Made by a program: the position numbers and the translations under genes. A model generated the notes under the pieces. That model had not been told where the DNA came from, did not search any database, and was given only the letters and a program-made list of their open reading frames with translations. A stretch of DNA of 64,000 bases from Mustelus asterias (lineage: Eukaryota): positions 23,374,001 to 23,438,000 of the forward strand of contig NC_135808.1 in assembly GCF_964213995.1 (NCBI RefSeq), written 5' to 3'. Of the stretch, positions 21,301 through 34,984 are shown one piece after another (within the stretch, counting starts at the first letter, position 1; each line of letters begins with the position of its first letter).

Positions 21301-24300
21301 GGTAGAGTTTGATCCAGAGGACCAGGCCGAGTATTCCTGTCGGGTGGAACACAGCGGGATGAAGGAGACACTGGTGGTGATTTACGGTAAGACTGTTTCT
21401 CACTGTTAGAGAGGACACAGCCTCAGGCCAGGATCACAAGATGGAGGGTCAGTGCTGAGCCTGAGACCCAGGATACAGAGAATGGGAAATAAATATTAAT
21501 CTTCAATACTTTATTTATCATGGCGCTACCTTTAGAGGACAGTAATTGTGTGTCCAGGGATTTAATGTGAAATGTGCCCCTATTATTTGGCTACTAATTC
21601 AAACTCTTTGCAAACATTTCAGTTTAGTCGGACAAAGGACAGAAGCCGAGTCTATTCCTCTTAATAATCTATTTAACACTTTAAGTACCAAACTCAAACT
21701 TACAACAGTTGCAACATTTTAACTCTTTTTGTGGACATTAATTCTTTAACTGAACATTAATTCTAATTCCTTAACTGCAAACAGATATTCTAATCCTTTA
21801 ACTGGAAATAGATATGACCTGGTTTAGAGCAAAATGTCTGTTCCCGATGTAGAACTGTCCTCAGCGTCTTTCTCTGAAGATGTTCTGCAGGGTACACTTC
21901 TTGCGATGGTTGATCTCTGGAGTTATTGCTGGAAACAAAGGGCTGACGTGTGCCTTTACCCCCAAAACTGTTCTCACTTTCCAGAAAATTCTGTAACACC
22001 CAGCCAATGGTGTAACCGGGAACTGATCATGTTGCTCGACCAAGCCAATGAATTACTTGCAACCGATTCCACAATGCTCACTCAAGCCTGCATGCAGGAC
22101 ACATAGTTTATCCTCTGTCGGTGCCATCAGGTCTAACTCAAAGTAAACAACTTCCCATATTTGGTCAGTACAGGAACTAGAACAAGGAACAGGCCCTTCG
22201 GCCCTCCAAGCCTGCACTGACCATGCTGCCCAACTTAACTAAAACCCCCTACCCTTCCGGGGACCATATCCCTCTATTCCCAAAGAACAGTGTCAGGTCA
22301 CAGTTCACCGGGCAGACCACATCAAGAACAGCTTTACGACCTGCATCTGTTTTTAAATATAAGTTGACCAAAAATCTCAGCATGCTTAACCCTCTGCCAG
22401 AATCACACTTAGCGCCATTATTGTTGTTAAAGAACAACTGCAATAATGATTTTATCTGTCTGCACCCCATTGTATCCTGGGATATTACAGGTGAAAGGGC
22501 ACAGAGTATCCTGGGATATTACGGTGCAACAGATTCCAGTGTATCCTGGGAAATTATAGTACGTCACACTGCAGTGTATCCTGGGAAATTACAGGAGGGG
22601 TAGGGCCCAGAGTATCCTGGGACATTACAGTGCAACACAATCCAGTCGATCCTGGTGTATTACAGTGCGCCAGGATCCAGTGACTCGTGAGATATTTCAG
22701 GAGGGATGGGGCTTGGTGTATCCTGGAATATTACAGCATGACAGGGCCCAGTGCATCCTGGGAAATAACAGGAAGCACAGGAACCATTGTATCGATGGAT
22801 ATTACAGTAAGACAGGGCTGTGTATCATGAGCTATTATAGTTGGTCAGGGTGCAGTATATCTGGGATATTACAGCCTGACAGGACATGGAGTATCCTGGG
22901 ATGTTACAGTATGACAGGATGCAGTGTATCCTGGGATATTACTGGATGACGGGACTCAATGTCTGTTGGAATTTTAGAGAAGGGACATGGCCTGGTGTGC
23001 TTGGGATTTCAGAGGAGGGATAGGACCTGGTGTATTGGGATATTGCAGGATGGCAGGGCCCAGTGTCTGCTGTGATATTACAACCTAAGAGGACCCAGTG
23101 TGCCCTGGGATGTTATATTAGGACAAGGCCCAGTGTATCCTGGGATATTGCAGTAGGATAGGACCCAGTGCATCCTGGGAGTTTACTTCAGTCAGCTTCA
23201 GATCAGAGTTCAGAAAAATAACTCCTTCTATTGGAGAGAATTCATGAAAATCTAGAAATCAAAAAATATAACAATGAATAGTCAGCATGGATGTTGAAAT
23301 GGAAAATCTTGCTTTTCTCCACTGAGTGGATTTTTTGAGGATGTAACAGAGGGAGGAGACAATGTAATAGATATAATTTAATATGATTTTTCAAATGTAA
23401 TCGATAACATAACTCATGGTAGATTAATGAATCGGGTCAAAGAATGTGGATTTAGACGATAAGTGACAGAATGGATTGCTCGTTGACTTTGAGACAGAAA
23501 GCAGAGAGTGTGAGTAAAGGGAGTTATTCAGAGTGATGGAAGGTGTTCCACAAGGATCAGTGCTGAGATTACTGCTCTTCATGCTTTACACTCACTGATT
23601 TGGACATTGGAATCAAAATAAAATTGATCAATTTGCAGATGACACCAAATTGGGGGAATTATTTAATACTAAGGAGAACTTCAAGAAATTAATAGGACGT
23701 TAATAAACTTGTCGAATGAGCAAATAATTGGTGAATGGAGTTCAGCACAGATGAATAAGACGTAGTTTTCTGTTAAGTGACCTCCCGATACATCCTTATT
23801 ACGAGGAAGGTGCAGGTCTGGATGAGGTTGAGGAGCAAAGGTGTACAAATACACCAATTAGACACAGGTTAGACAAGGCCATAAACAAACCAAACGGAAA
23901 ACCAGGTTTCATTTCTTGATGGATAGGATTGTCAAATATGGACGTTATTTGTAAACCTGTATGAAACCTACATTATAGCACATTTAGAGTACCATGTGCA
24001 GTTCCAGTCACCATCTCATACAAAGGATATAGAGTCAGGGGAGAGAGTGTGGAGAAGATTTACAGAGATGATTCCAGAAATGAGTGGGTGGAAATCTCAG
24101 GAAAGGATTGACCGGCTGGGTCTCTGCTCTCGGGAAAACAGAAGGCTGAGGGTTGATCTAATCGAGGTCTTTAAATTTATGAAAGATGTTTTATAGATCA
24201 GACACATGGAGAATGTTTCCTCTTGTGGAAAGATCATAACAAGGTCATCAATACAAGACAGTCACCAAAAAATCCAATGGGCAATTCAGGAGAAACCTCT

Positions 24301-25814
24301 TTACCCAGAGTGGTGAGAATGTGAGCTCACTACCACAGGGAGTGGCTGAACTGAACAGTATAGTTTAAGGGGAAGATAGACAAGCAAATGAGGGAGAAGG
24401 GAATAGAGTTAAAATGGTTGTTTTAGATGAGGAAAGATGGGAGGAGGCTCAAGTGGAACATAAATACCAGCATCAACTGGATGGGCTGAATGGCTGGTTT
24501 CTGTGTTGTATATCCTGTGTTTCCTGATTCTCTCTCTCTCTAATTCATTCTGTCTCATTTTTCTTTCCCGTTTTATGGGCGGCACAGTAGCACAGGGGTT
24601 AGCACTGCTGCCTCACAGCACCAGGGACACAGGTTCGATTCCCGGCTTGGTCACTGTCTGGATGGAGTTTGCATGTTCTCCCCGTGTCTGCGTGGGTTTC
24701 CTCCGGGTGCTCTGCTTTCCTCCCACAGTTCAAAGATCCACTGGTTAGGTGGATTGGCCGTGCTAAATTGCCCCTTAGTGTCAGGGGGTTTGCAGGTTAA
24801 ATACATGTTACAGGGATAGGGCATAGATGGGATTGTTGTCAGTGCAGACCTGATGGGCCGAATGGCCTCCGTCTGCACTGTCGGGATTCTATGATTCACT
24901 CTCACATTCTCTGCCTCTCTCATTCTCTTTCTCCCCCTCTCTGCTTCTCACTTTTCCCTCTCCCTGATTCACTCAGTCTCTCTGATTCTCTCTCTCTAAC
25001 AGAACCAAAGTCTCGCTCCCAGGTTGCTGTTACTGTCGGGATTGTGGTCGGGGTCCTCGTGCTCATCGCTCTCATCATTGTGGCTGTCGTCATCTACAAC
25101 AAGAAAGGTAGGAATTGGAGGGAAAAGAGCAGCTCCTCACTGGGGGGAGGGATTGTGGGAGAGTATTCCAGGGTGGGGGTGGCTCAGGCTGTGGGTCTCA
25201 GGTTGGTGTGGGGGGGGGCACAGAGTGGGTGGAAGAGCTGCAGGGTTGGGATAGGAAGGGTAAGGGGCTCATGATAAAGAGGGAGTGTCTGAGAATTGTG
25301 GGAAGAGTCTCAGATTGGATGAGGAGCTCAGGGTATCAGTGAGGGGCTGAGGTCAGTGTGGGAGTGAGGGTCTAGGGCAGAGAGAGGGTCACTGGCAAGG
25401 GCAAAGTGAGGGTCTTAGGTTGTGGTGGGAGTGAAGGTTCAGAATTGTGTTGTCGGGGCTCAGTGCGAGCGAGAGTTCCAGCCTCTGTCTCTGATTTTCT
25501 CTCAGTCTCGTCACTCAATGAACATTCCATGTTTTACAGGGAGAGGGAAGAGTGACTACAATCCTGCAAAGAGTAAGCTGATCATCAAACATCATCTGTA
25601 TCTCTGTGTAATGTGTGAATCATTGTTCATTCTGTGTCAAATATACTCAACCAAATGGTGTGTGTATGTATGTGTGTGTGTCTCTTTCTCTATGTATCTA
25701 TATCTTGTGCACAGTCTCTGTCTCTCTGATAATGAACAGTTTTTAATGTCTCTCCCTCCTTTAACAGCTTCTGATGGTGGGGATTCCTCATCCAGCTCCT
25801 CCACGCGTTCCTGA
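18399..25814 (+). CDS. MHC class I heavy chain, probably non-classical (gene B); exons 18399..18462, 20365..20625, 20767..21039, 21123..21386, 25003..25107, 25540..25572, 25768..25814
   Basis: Same exon sizes (64/261/273/264/105/33/47) and phase-1 GT-AG junctions; GSHSLRYF start of alpha1, NQS site, alpha2 and alpha3 cysteine pairs, TM VAVTVGIVVGVLVLIALIIVAVVIY, tail GRGKSDYNPAKTSDGGDSSSSSTRS*. Confidence 0.93.
18463..18822. repeat. 63-bp tandem repeat starting at the intron 1 donor of gene B (5 full units plus a partial)
   Basis: GTGAGTGATGGGGTGTGAGAGGGGCAATGCCAGGCTGGGTACTGGAGCATTAACCCTGGGTCA. Confidence 0.92.
19203..19518 (-). mobile_element. tRNA-derived SINE (HE1/V-SINE-like)
   Basis: Reverse complement has A/B boxes, the GGAGTTTG..TTCTCCCC core and a CR1-like tail. 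Confidence 0.82.
22465..23180. repeat. Degenerate ~39-bp tandem repeat in intron 4 (also ~39290-39735 and ~56460-56905)
   Basis: Recurrent CCCAGTGTATCCTGGGATATTACAG motif. Confidence 0.75.
24577..24897 (+). mobile_element. Full-length tRNA-derived SINE (HE1/V-SINE-like) in gene B intron 4
   Basis: GGCGGCACAGTAGCACAGGGGTTAGCACTGCTGCCTCACAGC (A box), GGTTCGATTCCC (B box), V-like core, GATTCTATGATTC tail. Confidence 0.85.
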
Positions 25815-26183
25815 GGTATGAACTGTGTTGATAAATATTGGGAGCTGATCCTTCTAACTTGGATATTCCCGCTGGATTTAGCTGTACAATCTGGTGGGTG
25901 GGATGTGAGCTCAGTGTCTGTCTCTCGCTGTATAGTCACTAAAGAGCAGCCCATCCAATCCAACACTGAGCTTTGAGACTGGCCTTCTGGAGACGGCTGC
26001 TCCTGTACAGTCTGAGGGTGGAGACATTGTGGGTGTTGAGGTATAGAGACATCCGGAAACGTCTCACCCTGGACAGCCTCCTCTCAGCTGCTCAATTTCT
26101 TTCAGGAAGTCGTAATTCCCTGAGATTTCCCTGAAGTTGGTCACTGGGCTGTGCCACTCCCACAGGATTTAACATCAGTCTTG

Positions 26184-26427
26184 TTTTGTCTGTGTGGAGT
26201 TTGCACATTCTCCCCGTGTCTGCGTGGGTTTCCTCTGGGTGCTCCGGTTTCCTCCCACACTCCAAAGATGTACAGGTTATGTTGATTGGCTGTGCTAAAT
26301 TACCCCTTACTGTGAGGGGGATTAACAGGATAAATACATGGGGTTACAGGAATAGGCCCTGGGTGGGATTGTTGTCGGTTCAGGCTCGATGGGCTGAATG
26401 GCCTCCTGTGCTGTAGGGATTCTGTGA
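26184..26427 (+). mobile_element. 5'-truncated HE1/V-SINE-like SINE
   Basis: TGTCTGTGTGGAGTTTGCACATTCTCCCCGTG...GGGATTCTGTGA. Confidence 0.8.
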
Positions 26428-26449
26428 CACATGATGGGTCTGTTCTTTC

Positions 26450-26605
26450 ACTGGATGTTTGGGGTTCGGAGTGGATCTTAGGGGTTTAGCTGGCATTTGG
26501 GGCTCTGATGGGTTTAGCTGGCGTTTCGGGCTCTGATGGGTTTAGCTGGCGTTTGGGGCTCTGATGGGTTTAGCTGGCGTTTGGGGCTCTGAGGGGTTTA
26601 GCTCG
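26450..26605. repeat. Short ~29-bp satellite downstream of gene B
   Basis: CTGATGGGTTTAGCTGGCGTTTGGGGCT, about 4-5 copies. Confidence 0.8.
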
Positions 26606-27112
26606 TGGTGCGTGGTTGGAATGTTGAATGATAGAAAATGTATGTTTGAGAGCGAGGCCATTCAGCCCATCATGTCCCTGCCTGTTAATGAAGAGCTCTC
26701 CAGCCTCATCTCACCTTCCTGTACTCGGCCTGCAGCTCTGTAGATCACAGCTCTTCAACTCGACATCCAAGAATTGACTCAATGTGGTGTGAGTTTCTGC
26801 CTCTACCATCCTTTTAGACCGTGAGTCCCGGGTCCCTCCCACCCTCTGGGTGAAAAACTCTTTCCTCATTTCCACTCTGATCTTTCTACCAATTACTTTA
26901 AATCTGTGCCCTCTGGTTTTTGACCCTCTGTGAGGGTAAATGTGTCATCTCTATTTACCATGGCTCCTCATAATTATATCCACCCCAATTAAATCTCCCC
27001 TCGGCCTCCTCTATTCTACAGAATCCTATTCCAGCCTATCCGCTCTTTCCTCACAGTGAACATTCTCCAGTCCTGTCCACATTAAACACTCTCCTCTGCA
27101 TTCTTTCCAGTA

Positions 27113-28050
27113 CATAGAAACCAGAAGCAGGAGTAGGCCATTTGGCCCTTCAAACCTGCTCTACACTGAGGGAGAATTTAGCATGGCCAATGCACCTAAC
27201 CAGCACGTCTCTCAGACTGTGGGAGGAAACCGGAACATCTGGAGGAAACCCACGCAGACACGGGGAGAACGTGCAGATTCTGCACAGACAGTGACCTAAG
27301 TTGGAAATCGAACCCGGGCCCCTGGCGCTGTGAGACAGCAGTTCCAATCATCAAATTCAATATGCTGATCCACCCTTCCTCCCATATCCCTTGATCTCTT
27401 TAGCCCCAAGAGCTACATCTAATTTCTTCTTGAAATCAGACGTTTTTGCTTCAACTACATTGTGTGGTAGTGAATTCCACATATTCACCACCCTCTGGGT
27501 GAAGAAATTTCCCCACACCTTAGTTCTAAATGTTTTACCCCTTATACACAAACTATGGCCCCTCGTCCTGGACTCCCCCTCCATTGGGAACATCTTTTCT
27601 GAATCTACCCGCTCTAATCCTGTTAGAATTTTATAATTTCTATGAGATCCCCTCTCACTCTTCTAAACTCCAGTGAATATAATCCTAACTGACTTTGTCC
27701 TGCCATCCCAGGAACCAGCCTGGTATACCTTCATTGTACTCCCTCCATAGCAAGGACATCCTTCCTCAGATAAGGATACCAAAACTGCACACAATACTCC
27801 AGGGGTGGCTTCACTAATGCCCTATACAATTGCAGTAAAACATCCCTATTATTATGTTCAAATCCTCTCGCTCTGAAGGCCAGCAGACCATTTGCCTTCT
27901 TTATTGCTTGCTGTACTTTACTTTCAGCGACTGATGCATGAGGACATCAAGGTCTCGCTGAGTATCCACCTCTCTCCATTGACACCCATTCAAATAATAA
28001 TCTGTCTTCCTATTATTGCTACCAAAGTGGATAACCTCATATTCATCGAC
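27113..28050 (-). mobile_element. CR1 LINE 3' fragment with a nested SINE (~27160-27342)
   Basis: MFPMEGESRTRGHSL...FFTQRVVNMWNSLP on the minus strand; SINE core on the minus strand. Confidence 0.8.
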
Positions 28051-30787
28051 ATTATATAATATTTTTTGTGTAATGTGCTGACCAGACTGTTTGCAGTGCT
28101 TCAGCTGTCGTCTATCTGGTATTGTTTACAGTTTTCGCAAAACCACTCTGCTCTGTGCCTTGGCTAATAAAGGAAAGCATGTTATATACCACCTTTACCT
28201 CATTTATTAACCTGTCCTGACACCTTTCCCAGTCTGTGGACATACACTCCTGGGTGCCTCTCTTCCTCCACATTATTCATTATCCTCCCATTTATTGGGG
28301 ATTCCCTTTGCCTTGTTAATCCTCCCAAAACCCATCACATTCTCCACCCTCTCAAACAGACTATTTTATTTATTTTTTTATCATTTAGGGCACAGACTAT
28401 TTTATTGGTCTCCAAAATGCTCTACTTTCCTTATCCTTTTCTCTTCAGGGACTGATAGGACATCCTTGGAGGTGCCTTGATTTTTCTTTCCAGTATTTTG
28501 TCGTGCCCCCTCTTTTCTTTCCTAATCTTCCTCTCTCTGTATCTCTTCCAGGTTTCTGCATTATTAGGCGTGAGGGGTCAGATGGATTTTGCTGCTGGTA
28601 GATGTGGGAGTTGGATGGATCTGATGGGTTTTGTTGGGGGGGCGACGGGGCGGTTTCCAGCTCTGCTGGCTTTGCCTCACTCTATAGTGATGTATTTCTT
28701 TCTCGTCTCCAGTGCATTCCAGGGTTTGTAATCCAGGAACACCAGTTCCCAAACATAGTAGCAGGAGTGGATGAGAGAATCAGGGAAGATGTGATTTCAT
28801 CAAGGTGACAGCGACTGACTGATTCAAGCTCCACATATGTGATTCTGTTTAAATGGAACTGTGGTGATGGTTTGGAAGTAATTGCTATATCTGGAGCTGC
28901 ACTTTAAGCTATTCTGATCTGATCTGTTTATCCTGCACAGACGTGAGAGGGCGATCTTGCAAAAAATATTCTCAGTCCAGAAAGAGTATGAAAACGAGAG
29001 AGTTTCTGATCCGTCTTTTTGGTGAATCCAATTCTGCAATCTTATGCACTTAGAGCAGAAAAGAACCCCTAATCTGTTTCTTGCCTGTAGGGGGAGTGGG
29101 CAGGGCTTAAATCACCAGAATGCTGCCTGACAACAGCAGAGGACACCATTGTGCATGTGCAGGTCCCTCTGCTCTGAGCAACAGAGAAACCTGTCACTCA
29201 ACCTCTGCTGCTTTCACCAGGCCTCCATGGCCTAAACACGGACCTCCCCAGCTGCCACGGCGGTCTGTGGCCTCATGCGACCCCTGATGGTCGGACCAAT
29301 TGCCCCCGTGACACCCCACCTGCCCGGACAGATCAAACCTCGTGATCCCACCGCTCGGGCCGATTTCCCCTCCCAATCGCAATGCAGTAGGCCCCACTGC
29401 TTCCCCTCACCAAAGGCAAATACTGAGTGGCAGTCGCCTTCCCCCCCCCCCCCGCCGCCAAATTGCAAATGCAGAGTGTGCGGCACATCCCCTCCCATCA
29501 CCACTGATATTCCCACCACGGTTTGCTCCCCCAACAAATCAGGCTCCACACCCTTCACACTGCCAGAGTACCAGGCTTGGCACTGTCCACAAGGCACTCC
29601 CCCCCCCCCCCCCCGCCTCCCCACCCGCCAACTTCTCGGGATGGCTTCAACAGCCTCTGGATCCACTAGTGAGGCTATCGGGTTTTGCCCCGTTGTGATT
29701 CTCGCTGGAGTGAACCTCTCCCGTGAGGCCACAGAGACGAGAGCCCAGATGATTGCGCCGCGGGCTCGCTCATTTTGTTCAAAACAGGTTTTAAATGTAG
29801 TCAAGTATTTTATTCAGCCTCGCGCCGCAATGTGTGAGAAATCGGGAGCGAATCTCATCTGTATTGAACTCATGAATTCCAATATCTTCTGCCCTTTCCT
29901 GATTTTTTTCTTTTAATGTCTGCTTGTCATTGGTGAGTGTGTTTATGTCACATCCCCCATTCCCAAGCACTCTGTCTGGGGAAATAACAAACATTATTGA
30001 AATATCAGAGCTTTTGTATCAAACTGTCATCTGCAACTCCAAATGTCAAATCGCGGTAAATTTCCAATTCTTGTCACTGTTGGAAATATTGTTACACTTT
30101 GCAGTATTGGACACAATTGTTACCTGTGTGTGTGCGTGTGTTATTAAAACAACAGAAAAGGTTTATTCTGCTTGGAGCTGAATGGGTTAATTCTAAATTA
30201 GAACACGTTCGGTGAAGGAATTCACTGTCACCGCGATTTCAGAAAGAGACTGGGTTACAATGTTCTCAGAGTAATGGCGGTTTCAGCAGAACAAAGATAT
30301 TTCTTCAAGTCTTGTGGATTCACCATTTCAAACTGGATATTTCCGAATAAAAACCTTGGAGCAAAATGGATTAGAAGATAAAGTCCCAATTGTTCCCCAG
30401 GGTTGTTTTTAAATGGAGATTTTAAAAACAAGAATAATCCATGAACAATCACCTTCAATTAATTCCTGAATTTGAAATTACACTATTAAAGCTTAAAAAA
30501 AAACGACCCCACTCTGACAGATGTGAATTCGTATCTGGATTAGAGATCCCACATGTTTCACCCGTTTCAACAGAGTTTCATTGTAGCGGCAACAAGCTCC
30601 CAGTTTCAAAACTTTTAAACTGTTCTCCGCCTTTAGACCTCACCATTTTGAGGAAAACACAGAGTTGGAGCTGGTCTGAAGGAACAGCAACACAGAGCAT
30701 TCACACAGCCTTTTCTCATTCACTAACAGGAAGTTTACACACACACATCTGTCCACACAATTCTTTCTCACATCACTTCAAGTTTCA

Positions 30788-31670
30788 CATTTGGAGGAAA
30801 ATGTAACTGGATTGATTAGTCAGTTTGCGGACGACACAAAGGTTGGTGGATTTGCGGACAGCGATGAGGACCATCAGAGGATGCAGCAAGATATAGATCA
30901 GTTGGAGACTTGGGTGGAGAGATGGCAGGTGAAGTTTAATCCAGACAAATGTGAGGCAATGCATTTTGGAAGGTCTAATACAGATAGGAAATATACAGTA
31001 AATGGCAGAACCCTTCAGAGTATTGATAGCAAAGGGATCTGGGTGTACAGGTACACAGGTCACTGAAAGTGGCAATGCAGGTGGAGAAGGTAGTCAAGGC
31101 GGCATATGGCATGCTTACCTTAATTGGCTCTTGGAATATCGTGTTCCATTCTGGTCGCCACACTACCAGAAGGATGTGGAGACTTTGGAGAGAGTACAGA
31201 AAATATTTACCAGGATGTTGCCTGGTATGGAGGGCATTAGCTATGAGGAGAGGTTGGAGAAACTTGGTTTGTTCTCACTGGAGCGACGGAGGTTGAGGGG
31301 AGGCCTGATAGAAGTCGACAAGATTATGAGGGGCATGGACAGAGTGGATAGTCAGAAGTTTTTTCCCAGGGTGGAAGAGTCAATTACTAGGAGGCACAGG
31401 TTTAAGGTGCGAGGGGCAAGGTTTAAAGGAGATGTACGAGGCAGATTTTTTTTAAAAACAAAGAGTAGTGGGTGCCTGGAATTCGTGGCCAGGGGAGGGA
31501 GTGGAAGCGGGTATGGCAGTGACTTTTAAGGGGCGTCTTGACAAGTACATGAATGGGATGGGAATAGAGGGATATGATTCCCGGAAGGGTCGGGGGTTTT
31601 AGTTAAGTCAGGCAGCATGGTTGGTGCAGGCTTGGAGGGCCGAAGGGCCTGTTCCTGTGCTGTAATTTTC
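30788..31670 (+). mobile_element. CR1 LINE 3' fragment (duplicate at 48618..49500)
   Basis: FADDTKVGG, WQVKFNPDKC, RRRLRGGLIEV and a CR1 3' UTR. Confidence 0.87.
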
Positions 31671-32339
31671 TTGGCATATATTCCTATTCTCATGAAAGAG
31701 CATCTTATCCAAACTGACAGTTGGCCAAGGCCGGAATTGAACCCGCGTCCCTGGTACTGTGAGGCAGCAGCACTAACCACTGCCACTGTGTCACCCACTT
31801 GGACACAGGTTGCTTCACATCCTTTAGATCTGTGCACAGAACGGAGACATATTCATAAAGTAAAAGGAACGGTTGTTTGTTTGCAAATCAGGATATCTCT
31901 GAACATAAACAACCCGGTTGTTCACACAGTATTTTAAACTTTACTGTGAGTTTCTTTAATTGCTTTTTTCTAACCTGCTTCTGATATTCCACCAACCAGA
32001 CATCAACAGCCCATTTCTGAAAAGCAGCGAGATCCATTTCTTCATCCTGATTCAATAATCTAATCTTTGGCCTCACATCTCCGTGATCTCTCACTATTTG
32101 TTCCTTCCTGTCGACTTTCTCCCAAACATTCCAATCTCCCGACTCTGATCCAAGCATCAAATCTCCAAATACTGTTTCTTTGTGCACCATTTGACCTTTC
32201 AATTTAACTCTGCTCGATCAACTGTCCACTTTCCCAAATCACTTCCTTCCTGAACAAACACAGTAACTTCTCAAACAAGGCTCGGCAAGCTGAGACCTAT
32301 TTTTATCGTGATTGCTTCAATGGTACAAGGTTTAATATA

Positions 32340-32625
32340 AGTACAGGACACAGCTCACACACTGAGAGGGACAGTATCAGTACAGGACACAGCTCACAGA
32401 CTGAGAGGGACAGTATCAGTACAGGACACAGCTCACACACTGAGAGGGACAGTATCAGTACAGGACACAGCTCACAGACTGAGAGGGACAGTATCAGTAC
32501 AGGACACAGCTCACACACTGAGAGGGACAGTATCAGTACAGGACACAGCTCACAGACTGAGAGGGACAGTATCAGTATCAGTACAGCACAGCGCTCACAC
32601 ACTGAGAGGGACGCTATCAGTGCAG
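32340..32625. repeat. 39-bp minisatellite (about 7 units; about 5 units in the paralog at 50171..50370)
   Basis: AGTACAGGACACAGCTCACACACTGAGAGGGACAGTATC. Confidence 0.9.
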
Positions 32626-32637
32626 AACTGTGACCGG

Positions 32638-34820
32638 GATGCAGAATGATCTGGACAGGTTGAGTGAGTGGACAAATTGATGGCAGATGCAGTATAATTT
32701 GCATAAATGTGAGGTTATTCACTTTGGAAGCAAAAAAAAGGCAGATTACTATCTGAATGGTGTAAATTGGGGGATGGGAGTGTGAAGTAGGATTTGGGTG
32801 TCCTTGTGCATCAGTCACTGAAGGTAGGCACGCAGGTGCAGCAGGCGGTAAAGAAGGCAAATGGCATGTTCGCCTTCACTGCGAGAGGTTTTGAGTGCAG
32901 GGGCAAGGATGTGTTGTTGCAATTAAACAGGGCCTTGGTGAGGCCACACCTAGGGTATTGTGTGCAGTTTTGGTCTTTGTTTACTTGCAACAATGATGTG
33001 GAGATGCCGACGTTGGACTGGGGTAAACACAGTCAGAATTTTAACAACACCAGGTGAAGGTCCAACAGGTTTATTTAATGGCAAATGCCATCAGCTTTTA
33101 GGTGTCTGTTGCGATCCTCCTCCAGACGCTGAAAGATGCCTTCATAAGAGCAGGATATGGCGCTCGACTCATTGATCGACAGTTCCGACGCACCACAGCG
33201 AAAAACCGCACCGACCTCCTCAGAAGACAAACACGGGACTCGGTGGACAGAATACCCTTCGTCGTCCAGTAGTTCCCGGAGCGGAGAAGCTACGGCATCT
33301 CCTCCGGAGCCTTCAACATGTCATTGATGAAGATGAACATCTCGCCAAGGCCATCCCCACACCCCCACTTCTTGCCTTCAAACAACCACGCAACCTCAAA
33401 CAGATCATTGTCCGCAGCAAACTACCCAGCCTTCAGGAGAACAGTGACCATGACACCACACAACCCTGCCACAGCAACCTCTGCAAGACATGCCGGATCA
33501 TCGACACGGATGCCATCATCTCACGTGAGAACACCATCCACCAGGTACACGGTACATACTCTTGCAACTTGGCCAACGTTGTCTACCTGATACGCTGCAG
33601 GAAAGGATGTCCTGAGGCATGGTACATTGGGGAAACCATGCAGGTGCTACGACAACGGATGGATGAACACCGCTCGACAATCACCAGGCAAGACTGTTCT
33701 CTTCCTGTGGGGGAGCACTTCAGCGGTCACGGGCATTCAGCCTCTGATGTTCGGGTAAGCATTCTCCAAGGCGGCCTTCACGACACACGACAGCGCAGAG
33801 TCGCTGAGCAGAAACTGAGAGCCAAGTTCCGCACACATGAGGACGGCCTAAACCAGGATGTTGGGTTATGTCACACTATCAGTAACCCCCACAGCTTGCC
33901 TCCTGGACTTGCAGAATCTCACTGGTTGTCCTGTCTGGAGACAATACACATGTCTTTAACCTGTGCTTAATGCTCCCTCCACTCACATTGTCTGTATCTT
34001 TAAGACCTGGTTGGCTGTAGAGATTCGCATTCTAATCAGTATTCTGTAACTTGATTTTGTGTCTCTGAATGCCCTGTTTGAGAGCAGATTTCCACTCTGA
34101 CGAAGGAGCAGCGCTCCGAAAGCTAATGGCATTTGCTACCAAATAAACATGTTGGACTTTAACCTGGTGTCGTTAAAACTCTTATTGTGTTTACCCCAGT
34201 CCAACGCCGGCATCTCCACATTATTGTTGCAAGTAAACAGGGCCTTGGTGAGGCCACACCTCGAATATTGTGTGCAGTTTTGGTCTCCTTTTCTGAGGAA
34301 GGATGTTCTTGCTCTCGAGGGAGTGCAGCAAAATTACCAGGCTGATTCCGGGGATGGCGGGACTGATGTATGAGAAGAGATTGACTAGGTTAGGATTGTT
34401 TTCGCTGGAGTTCAGACGAATGAGGAGGGATCTCATAGAGACTTATAAAATTCTAACAGGACTAGAAAGGGTAAATGCAGGGAGGATATTCCCAATGGTG
34501 GGGGAGTCCCAAACCAGGGATCACAGCCTGAGGATTCAGGGTGGACCATTTAGGATTGAGGTGAGGAGACATTTCTTCACCCAAAGTGTGGTGAGCCTGT
34601 GGAATTCATTACCACAGGAAGTAGCTGATGCTAAAACATTGAATGTATTCAAGACGCAACTGGATAAAGCACTTGGCGAATGGGATCAAAGGTTATGGAG
34701 AAAAAGCAGGATTAGGCTATTGGATTGGATGATCAGCATGATTGTAATGAATGGCGGAGCAGACTCGAAAGGTCAAATGGCCTCCTCCTGCTCCTATCTT
34801 CTATGTTTCTGTGTTTCTAT
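32638..34820 (+). mobile_element. CR1 LINE 3' fragment interrupted by a Penelope-like element
   Basis: LVRPHL(G/E)YCVQFWS on both sides of the insertion; FRRMRRDLIETYKIL; TTCTATG tail. Confidence 0.85.
32994..34223 (+). mobile_element. Penelope-like element (GIY-YIG), 5'-truncated, with an inverted 3'-end copy at its 5' junction
   Basis: VVYLIRCRKGCPEAWYIGET; ends TGATGTGGAGATGCCG / CGGCATCTCCACATTA. Confidence 0.88.
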
Positions 34821-34984
34821 GGACCAATTCTTCCTGTTTCAGCTTTGCAGGTCCAAAATGCAGAGAGGTTACACTCAGATGAGGATTCTCTGGCAGCAGG
34901 TTGTTAACCAGACACAACTTGAGGCAAGACAGAGAGAGAATCAGGTTGCGTTGCCTTCATTTTCCAACTTTTTGCCCAAAGAGA

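Noticed and set aside
21590-22170. AT-rich insertion unique to gene B intron 4, possibly a solo LTR
   Set aside because: Could not identify clear TG...CA ends, TSD or PBS by eye.
24577-24650. tRNA-like A/B boxes
   Set aside because: Head of a SINE continuing into the SINE core and tail; not a tRNA gene.
28949-29855. GC-rich block with C-runs and long ORFs (paralog 46772..47685)
   Set aside because: Probably a decayed non-autonomous DNA transposon, but the TIRs are unconvincing and the ORFs are not conserved between copies.
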